From an uncultured virus (IMG/VR IMGVR_UViG_3300027736_000038) (taxonomy: Duplodnaviria > Heunggongvirae > Uroviricota > Caudoviricetes): DNA of 20,000 nt. Positions 14,349 through 20,000 of the stretch are shown here, piece by piece. The number at the start of each line of letters is the position of its first letter. Positions within the stretch are counted from its first letter, which is position 1. A model generated the notes under the pieces. It was not told the origin of the DNA, did no database searches, and saw nothing but the letters and a program-made list of their open reading frames with translations. Both the position numbers and the translations under genes were made by a program. The stretch covers positions 57,363 to 77,362 of the IMG/VR virus record IMGVR_UViG_3300027736_000038; one strand, 5' to 3'.

Positions 14349-15227
14349 TTATGCTAATTTCCACTTAATCAATTTATAATGGGAAATACTATCCCTATTG
14401 CTAAATCTAATTACAGTATCAAGTGTTATTTCGTGAAACTTGCCCCTATCATAAAAGTAATCCCACAAGTGCATCAATTCATTATTTGAATCAATTTCAA
14501 TTTTGTAAGGTTTATTTTCTTCGTCCTTCAACCAATACTCTACAAATCTTCTACTTTTGCGTTTTACTGTAAATTTCTTTACTGGATTAAGTGTTTTTAT
14601 TGTAGATGACGCAATTTGTGATCCTTCAAATCTAGTATCTAATTCTAAAAACATTTCATCTAGCCCAACATCATACTCATAGAATTCAGGTAAACGATAC
14701 ACCAATGGCATCATTTCTTCTTTAACTACTTTACAATCACCATGGATGAATGTGTTCAAATCTTTTCTATAACTAGTTAGTTGTTGACCTTTTAAGGTAA
14801 ACATCATAAGTTTCTTACTGTAATAGTCACGGATAACATTAGCCTTATCTCTATCTTCCTGAATTATTTCTTTGAATAAAACTTCATCAGTAAGTTTAGT
14901 TGGTCTGTTACTAGGATTTATTATGTTACTAATACCATGACTTATTAATGGACGCAACCTATGCCAAGTAACACTCAATGCTAAAATATCCTCAGTGGTT
15001 TCAAACACCTCATATTTCTTAACATTTTTATTACCAAATATATCCCAATCATTACTTGTACCATTCAATCCACTAAGTGTAAGTGAAGTTAATGGTTGAA
15101 TGTTACCCATTGTGATTGTATGGTGATTACCGTTAGCACCGGCAATAACACCAGATGATTTAAGGTTTCTTGCTGCGATTTGATTTAATATATTTGAATT
15201 AGCCAATTGTAATATCTTCCATTCCAC
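14349..15227 (-). CDS. Hypothetical protein (292 aa; start may be TTG at 15206)
   Basis: Long ORF between uvsY and the terminator; no recognisable motif. Confidence 0.75.
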   Translation of the reverse strand: MEWKILQLANSNILNQIAARNLKSSGVIAGANGNHHTITMGNIQPLTSLTLSGLNGTSNDWDIFGNKNVKKYEVFETTEDILALSVTWHRLRPLISHGISNIINPSNRPTKLTDEVLFKEIIQEDRDKANVIRDYYSKKLMMFTLKGQQLTSYRKDLNTFIHGDCKVVKEEMMPLVYRLPEFYEYDVGLDEMFLELDTRFEGSQIASSTIKTLNPVKKFTVKRKSRRFVEYWLKDEENKPYKIEIDSNNELMHLWDYFYDRGKFHEITLDTVIRFSNRDSISHYKLIKWKLA

Positions 15228-15660
15228 TTGTGCGTAACCGCACGATATGACCCATCTGCCACTGTTTGGCCTCTAAGCCCTTCATTATACCAAGCCAACG
15301 ATTTCTAAGATAAGCGACTTCATTAATCAATACTTCCATATCAATTACTTCATCTTCGCCTTCAGCATACTTTTCAGCATCACGGCTTGTCAATGCTCTA
15401 TTATACGCTTCTAAATATTTTTGAAAATGAGTTCGGCGAATCTTCTTTAATCTAATATTGAGCAAGTTAAGTACCGCTTCTACTTCTTGTAATTGATTGA
15501 ATCTATGTTCGGTGACACCAGGAATAGCAGCAATGTTCTTTTCAACATTGCCGTATACCTTTACTTCACGTTTTGCTTGTTCTAACTCAGATTCAAAGTG
15601 CTGAATGAAATCAGGGATTACACCTAAATTCACTGATACTCTTGTATACCAATTTGACAT
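15199..15660 (-). CDS. uvsY: UvsY-like recombination mediator
   Basis: Helical 153-aa protein with DAEKY-x-EGE-x-EV and KGLEAKQWQMGHIVRLR matching the UvsY pattern; near uvsX. Confidence 0.75.
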   Translation of the reverse strand: MSNWYTRVSVNLGVIPDFIQHFESELEQAKREVKVYGNVEKNIAAIPGVTEHRFNQLQEVEAVLNLLNIRLKKIRRTHFQKYLEAYNRALTSRDAEKYAEGEDEVIDMEVLINEVAYLRNRWLGIMKGLEAKQWQMGHIVRLRTSGMEDITIG

Positions 15661-15906
15661 TTAATCCCATTCGTCTAAATCTTCTTCTTCAAATTCTTCG
15701 TAATCATCTTCTTGGAAATGTTCTTCAGCGTAACCTTTTAATGCTTTAGTAATATCTTTGTCCTTGAAGGCATCTTTGATATCATCTATCTCATAATTAT
15801 TATCAATTAAAAAATTGACAAGTGTATCTGCCGCATCATCACGTTCACTTAAATCAATATGCTCACGTAATGCATCCCAAACTTCTGATATAACGTCTAA
15901 ACTCAT
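15661..15906 (-). CDS. Small, highly acidic hypothetical protein
   Basis: 81 aa with a D/E-rich tail; ATGA overlap with uvsX. Confidence 0.8.
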   Translation of the reverse strand: MSLDVISEVWDALREHIDLSERDDAADTLVNFLIDNNYEIDDIKDAFKDKDITKALKGYAEEHFQEDDYEEFEEEDLDEWD

Positions 15907-16970
15907 TCTGTAACTTCCTCCGTAGATGTTACATTACTTATCACACTTTTAGTTTTTCCAGTATATTCAAGCATCACCTTGTCAAGTATTCCGTCTTTGT
16001 TGGCTTCCCAACCCTTACGAAACGCTTTAAGAATTTCACCATCTTCAGTTACATAAACTAAACTGTTGCCTTCTTTTTTCAATGCATTAGACTTCTCAAG
16101 CATATCAGTTAAGCCACTATAAGGACTCATGCCTGTTTCATACGGAATCTTAACTTGAATACTTTCAAAAGGTTTCGCATAGCGAGTTTTCATAATCTTA
16201 CAAGCAGCACGAATACCATTTACTTCACTAACCTTGTTACCATCTTCATCCTCTTTGAGTTTGAGTTTCTTCATAGCAACTACGATTGAACTTGCGTAAA
16301 CAAATCCCTGACCACCACTGATTTTATCATCTGGGTCAAACATATCTTGACTTGCGTATGTGTGATTAGTAGCAACCAATCCTACATTGTGACTACCAAA
16401 CATATTAACACAATTACGAACAAGTGCTGTTAGTGCTTTAGGCTTACGACCCATATCACCTTTCATATCACCTGCTTCAAACTGATTAACGTCAGTTGGA
16501 GTCAATAGCATACCAAGACTGTCAATGACAAACAATACTTTTGGTTTATCATCTTCTGCCATTAGTTTGTATGACTTCATAAATTCTGATATAGTCTTAC
16601 CCACATCATCAATCATAGCCATGTTTAGTTTAAGCAATTTAGTTTCGCTTGTATCTACACCCAATGCGTGTAGCCATTTTTCATCTAAGGCGTTTTCGCT
16701 ATCAATTAAGACAACGTAGATTCCTTGTTGTTGTGCGTGTCTGACGAGGTTTCCTGAGCAGATGAATGATTTTCCTGATCCAGACTCTCCGGCAAAGACA
16801 GTAACTTTACCAAGAGGAACGCCTTTATTAAAATCCCCGCTAATGAGATAATTAAGTCCATAATTTCCTGTACTGATCCAATCTGTTGGATCGTTATATC
16901 CTATGCTAAGTCCTTCAATTGACTTAGTAATTTCTTTTCTAAATTTCGATACGTCAAATGGTTTTGCCAT
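15903..16970 (-). CDS. uvsX: UvsX/RecA-like recombinase
   Basis: GESGSGKS, IDSENA, VIDSLGML, TNHTY, SGGQG, KTRYAKPF motifs. Confidence 0.93.
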   Translation of the reverse strand: MAKPFDVSKFRKEITKSIEGLSIGYNDPTDWISTGNYGLNYLISGDFNKGVPLGKVTVFAGESGSGKSFICSGNLVRHAQQQGIYVVLIDSENALDEKWLHALGVDTSETKLLKLNMAMIDDVGKTISEFMKSYKLMAEDDKPKVLFVIDSLGMLLTPTDVNQFEAGDMKGDMGRKPKALTALVRNCVNMFGSHNVGLVATNHTYASQDMFDPDDKISGGQGFVYASSIVVAMKKLKLKEDEDGNKVSEVNGIRAACKIMKTRYAKPFESIQVKIPYETGMSPYSGLTDMLEKSNALKKEGNSLVYVTEDGEILKAFRKGWEANKDGILDKVMLEYTGKTKSVISNVTSTEEVTE

Positions 16971-16990
16971 TGATAATCTCTCTTTCTTTG

Positions 16991-17230
16991 TTATCGGTTA
17001 TTTGTACCATTAAGATACATTCTATCAGAATATGATATTTTATCAAGTATATCGGGACATTTTTCTGCAATTGAATCAATTTCCCAATCTTGCGGATAGT
17101 GACGTAGTGCGGCTCTTGCGCGGTCTCTGATTAAACTAGGTACACGTGGTGTACGTCCAGGATCACACAACTCCTCTAATAATTTTTTGCCTTGCTTTAA
17201 GGCACGATATCTTTCGTCTGGTAATGTCAT
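16991..17230 (-). CDS. Small hypothetical protein resembling the BPSL0761 family
   Basis: MTLPDERYRA...VP-x-x-IR-x-x-AR-x-x-LRHYP; AGGAG RBS. Confidence 0.65.
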   Translation of the reverse strand: MTLPDERYRALKQGKKLLEELCDPGRTPRVPSLIRDRARAALRHYPQDWEIDSIAEKCPDILDKISYSDRMYLNGTNNR

Positions 17231-17244
17231 AGTGTTCTCCTAAG

Positions 17245-17264
17245 ATAGGGGCCGTAGCCCCTAT
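17245..17264 (-). promoter_or_regulatory. UNCG-tetraloop RNA hairpin downstream of the SSB gene
   Basis: ATAGGGGC-TACG-GCCCCTAT; no U-tract follows. Confidence 0.7.
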
Positions 17265-17269
17265 TTAGA

Positions 17270-18274
17270 TTAAGACTTGTTTTGTCTAGCACGAATCATT
17301 GCTAGAATGTCTTGTGCTTTATCACTTGACGGAGCCGCTGTAGGAACTACAACTGGACTAGTGAAAGATGCTTCTGCTGCCGCAACATCATCTTCCCAAG
17401 CGGGTAGACCTGCGGGTGCTGCTGGTGCAGTGCGAGTTGGCAAGGGCGCTGCTTCAGTTTGTGAACCAGCTGGAGCATCTAAGCCCCATGGACGATAGTA
17501 TTGTCCCCAACGTTCGTTGTCGTATGGTTGACCATCTACTGATGCTTCAAACATTTCTTTCAAAATACGCAATTCAGCTTCACCTGGCTTCTTCGGTAAA
17601 AATGTACTAAGGTCAAACAATCCATGTGCCTCGATTGCTGTTTGTTCAACCTCAGTCAATGCTGTTTCTCTACGTGCCCAGTTACTTGTACTGTAATCAG
17701 CATAGCCACCTTTGCTAGACTTCTTAATATTGAAGTCAAGACCACGTGTATAATCTGTAGGCAATTCCATGATTTCAGGATCAAGTAATCCACTCTTAAC
17801 GATTGGGATAATTTGTGGGCTGATAACGAATCTACGAATTGGATTCGCAGGAGTCTTGTCATCACCAAGTGGGTTCTGACGTACAAAGCCTTGAAAGATG
17901 TAACTACGCTTCTTCCAATATTTGTTTGCCATTTCTTTCAATGTCTCATCTTTGTACCAAGGGCGAACCTCAGCCAAAATAGGACAAGTTGAACCATCGT
18001 TATACATTTCAACGCAAGGTACTTGAACAACAACCTGTTTCATTTCAGGATGTCCTTTAACTCCATTGAATGGAAGTTTAATGATTTGTTTTTCTACCCA
18101 GAAGAATTCGTTCTTTGTGTCGCCATCGGGCAAGAAACGAATTGCGGCTGTTGTGCCTTCGTCCATATTCCAGTGGGGGTAGATAGAATTATCTGATTGA
18201 GTGTTAGAACTCTTTGTTGTTGACTTATTGTCTTGCGCTGCGATACGTGCGCGGATTTCTGCTAATGATGCCAT
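17270..18274 (-). CDS. Single-stranded DNA-binding protein, T4 gp32-like
   Basis: AAIRFLP, VPC...CPI, YWKKRSYI, GLDFNIKK...GGYADYSTSNW; low-complexity Ala/Pro linker and C-terminal tail. Confidence 0.88.
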   Translation of the reverse strand: MASLAEIRARIAAQDNKSTTKSSNTQSDNSIYPHWNMDEGTTAAIRFLPDGDTKNEFFWVEKQIIKLPFNGVKGHPEMKQVVVQVPCVEMYNDGSTCPILAEVRPWYKDETLKEMANKYWKKRSYIFQGFVRQNPLGDDKTPANPIRRFVISPQIIPIVKSGLLDPEIMELPTDYTRGLDFNIKKSSKGGYADYSTSNWARRETALTEVEQTAIEAHGLFDLSTFLPKKPGEAELRILKEMFEASVDGQPYDNERWGQYYRPWGLDAPAGSQTEAAPLPTRTAPAAPAGLPAWEDDVAAAEASFTSPVVVPTAAPSSDKAQDILAMIRARQNKS

Positions 18275-18353
18275 AATAATATTTCCTTATAAATTTGAGA
18301 TGGTCTCGTTTTTAATTCGCTACTTCACTATGAAGTAACTAACACGATGAGTA

Positions 18354-18392
18354 AGTATAGCACTACTTTCTCAACCTGTCAATGTATTTATG
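18354..18392 (-). promoter_or_regulatory. SSB promoters: TTGACA-17-TATACT (extended -10) with an upstream CATAAATA late-like motif
   Basis: -35 at 18377-18382, -10 at 18354-18359, CATAAATA at 18385-18392. Confidence 0.7.
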
Positions 18393-18402
18393 CCAGATGT
18401 GG

Positions 18403-18429
18403 TAAACCTCACCTTTTAAGTGAGGTTTA
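18403..18429 (-). terminator. Hairpin after the large ORF (possible terminator)
   Basis: TAAACCTCAC/GTGAGGTTTA 10-bp stem with a 7-nt loop; weak U-tract. Confidence 0.55.
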
Positions 18430-18439
18430 TTTACCCTTT

Positions 18440-19999
18440 TTATTTTCTAATGATTCTTAGAATAGCGTCTAGGTCCTCTTGACCTTCACGCATTTGTTGT
18501 CCGATATCATTGTCCATACCTTGTTTAACTTGATGGCCGCCGGCAAACATTGCTAATGCACCCAATACAACTAACATTGATACTAGTACCAAAGCATTTT
18601 TACCATTAGGGTCATTCATCATCTGTGTTAAATCTGGTTTACCCATAGCAATATATGCTCTCATCATAATGTCGGCAGCACCTGCTAATAGACCGCCGCC
18701 TGCACTAGCAGCCACAGCGCCGCCGATTTTTTGACCCCAACCTTCAGCTACAGCTTGTTGTCCGCCAACTGCTTGTTGAATGTTTGCAACTAAATCTTTA
18801 CCATTTGCACTATGTTGTAATGCTTGAGTCAATTCTGCTTTCTTGGATTGTGCCATTTGAATATATTTTTGTATTCCTGGCATTGCTTTAATTTTAGCAA
18901 TCATACTGTTCAATGAATCCATGAGACTTTCATTTAATTGGATGCTTTCTTTCACATTTTTCTTGCTAATGATTCTTAGAATAGCATCAAAATCTTCTTG
19001 CCCTTCTTTTACATTACCCTTTTCTTTTTGTCTCTGTTCTAATTCTTTGCCGTATGTGTCTACTTTCTTACGGAATTCCTTTTCCTGTTCTGGAGTAGTT
19101 TCACCCTTATGAGTTGATTTACGGGCATCATATTCACCAGTGTCTACTTCATGTAATGTATTGCCAAGATCGGTATCTTTCATACTTGGTTCATGTTTTG
19201 GTTTCTCTAATCTCTTTAACATCTTTGATATCTTGTCATGGATGTTATCAATCTTATCATTTTCAAAATCATGTTCAAATTCGTTAGCACCAGGATTGCG
19301 GCCGCGCATGGCATGTTGAGTATGTTCACCTTCTTCAAGTTCATCATCAAGCGCAGCCGAATAAGCCATATGCACAAAATCTTCAGTGTCTGGATGATTA
19401 CCACCTATGATCCAATCCATGCCACCACTGTTAGATTGAGGATATATAGTAGCAATTAATCCATTACCAAATTCTAAAACCCATGTATCATCTTCTCCGG
19501 GTGGTCCAAATGCAAATTCTAAATCTTCCTTAGATGTTCTTAATGAACCCTTGCCCGTTGTTTTATGTGCCTTACTAGGATCATCACTGATGTTCATCAC
19601 TTCAGTTGGATCAAATTTATCTAAATAACGTTTATCGTTTTTGGATCTACCAAACATACCCTCATCTTCTTCAGTTGTAACTGCTTGGCTAGCTTGGTTG
19701 ATAAAGTTTTCATTAGCACCGACTAGTTTACCAATGTTATTGTTTTTAACTTTCTCTGTTGGGCCTAATTGACCTACACGCTTTTGATTAGCATCAAGAC
19801 CTTCTTCCGCCACACCTTGCTCTTCAGGTAATTGCCCCTTAGGACCTGCCATTGGTTTTGTTTTTAGTCTTTGCTTTGTATCTTGTTGATGTTGTGTTTT
19901 ATAATGTGGTGATTCTACTTGGTCAAGGTCCATAAATCTGTCAAAATCATCAGCGGCACGATTTATTCCACGAGTTACTCCGCGGTTAGATAAGTTAGA
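18440..19999 (-). CDS. Large modular protein, 5'-truncated by the window edge; probable internal head protein
   Basis: The frame stays open upstream of 19933 to the edge (SNLSNRGVTRGINRAADDFDRF-M); repeated [VLM]-x-E motifs; duplicated C-terminal peptide. Confidence 0.7.
   Translation of the reverse strand, partial: SNLSNRGVTRGINRAADDFDRFMDLDQVESPHYKTQHQQDTKQRLKTKPMAGPKGQLPEEQGVAEEGLDANQKRVGQLGPTEKVKNNNIGKLVGANENFINQASQAVTTEEDEGMFGRSKNDKRYLDKFDPTEVMNISDDPSKAHKTTGKGSLRTSKEDLEFAFGPPGEDDTWVLEFGNGLIATIYPQSNSGGMDWIIGGNHPDTEDFVHMAYSAALDDELEEGEHTQHAMRGRNPGANEFEHDFENDKIDNIHDKISKMLKRLEKPKHEPSMKDTDLGNTLHEVDTGEYDARKSTHKGETTPEQEKEFRKKVDTYGKELEQRQKEKGNVKEGQEDFDAILRIISKKNVKESIQLNESLMDSLNSMIAKIKAMPGIQKYIQMAQSKKAELTQALQHSANGKDLVANIQQAVGGQQAVAEGWGQKIGGAVAASAGGGLLAGAADIMMRAYIAMGKPDLTQMMNDPNGKNALVLVSMLVVLGALAMFAGGHQVKQGMDNDIGQQMREGQEDLDAILRIIRK
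18447..19006. repeat. 41-bp direct repeat pair (18447-18487, 18966-19006) encoding EGQEDxDAILRII
   Basis: 35/41 identical by manual alignment, including a 20-bp exact match CTAATGATTCTTAGAATAGC. Confidence 0.85.
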
Positions 20000-20000
20000 A

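Noticed and set aside
218..16970. Inteins or introns in the helicases or UvsX
   Set aside because: Protein lengths and motif spacing are normal, with no insertion visible.
17245..17264. Hairpin after SSB as an intrinsic terminator
   Set aside because: No U-tract follows on the coding strand, and it runs straight into the next RBS.
852..19459. Plus-strand and nested ORFs (e.g. 852-1232, 4863-5132, 6558-6935, 11499-11966, 12410-12733, 13527-13925, 17277-17610, 17656-17886, 19216-19404)
   Set aside because: They are antisense or alternative-frame shadows of well-supported minus-strand genes, with no motifs or expression signals seen.
1..20000. Stop-codon reassignment as the cause of the many short ORFs
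   Set aside because: Core genes are full-length in the standard code; most short ORFs change frame through ATGA overlaps or have their own promoter and RBS.
1..20000. tRNA or other structured RNA genes
   Set aside because: Intergenic gaps are short and explained by promoters and terminators; no cloverleaf or T-loop signature was seen.

Overview
AT-rich segment of a large lytic dsDNA phage (T4-related/jumbo type), with almost all genes on the minus strand in the standard genetic code. It holds a replication-recombination module: gp41/DnaB helicase, primase, DEDDh exonuclease, probable clamp-loader small subunit, UvsW, UvsY, UvsX/RecA and gp32-like SSB. Four unusual structures stand out. (1) A terminator-bracketed island (11.0-14.35 kb) contains seven near-identical sigma70 promoter+leader+RBS units, each heading a gene cassette; three upstream stop codons lie inside the next TTGACA box. 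(2) A tandem, translationally coupled array of about 10 small paralogous ORFs (5.3-7.8 kb) shares a C-terminal F-x-L-R-W motif and repeated 3' DNA ends. (3) A 203-aa miniature DnaE (family C polymerase) keeps the three catalytic aspartates but lacks the thumb, PHP and OB domains. (4) A large modular protein, truncated by the window edge, has repeated putative prohead-protease sites and a duplicated C-terminus. A possible stand-alone degenerate Hint-fold gene and predicted leaderless promoters are also present. Family calls rest on motif recognition only; no database searches were run.
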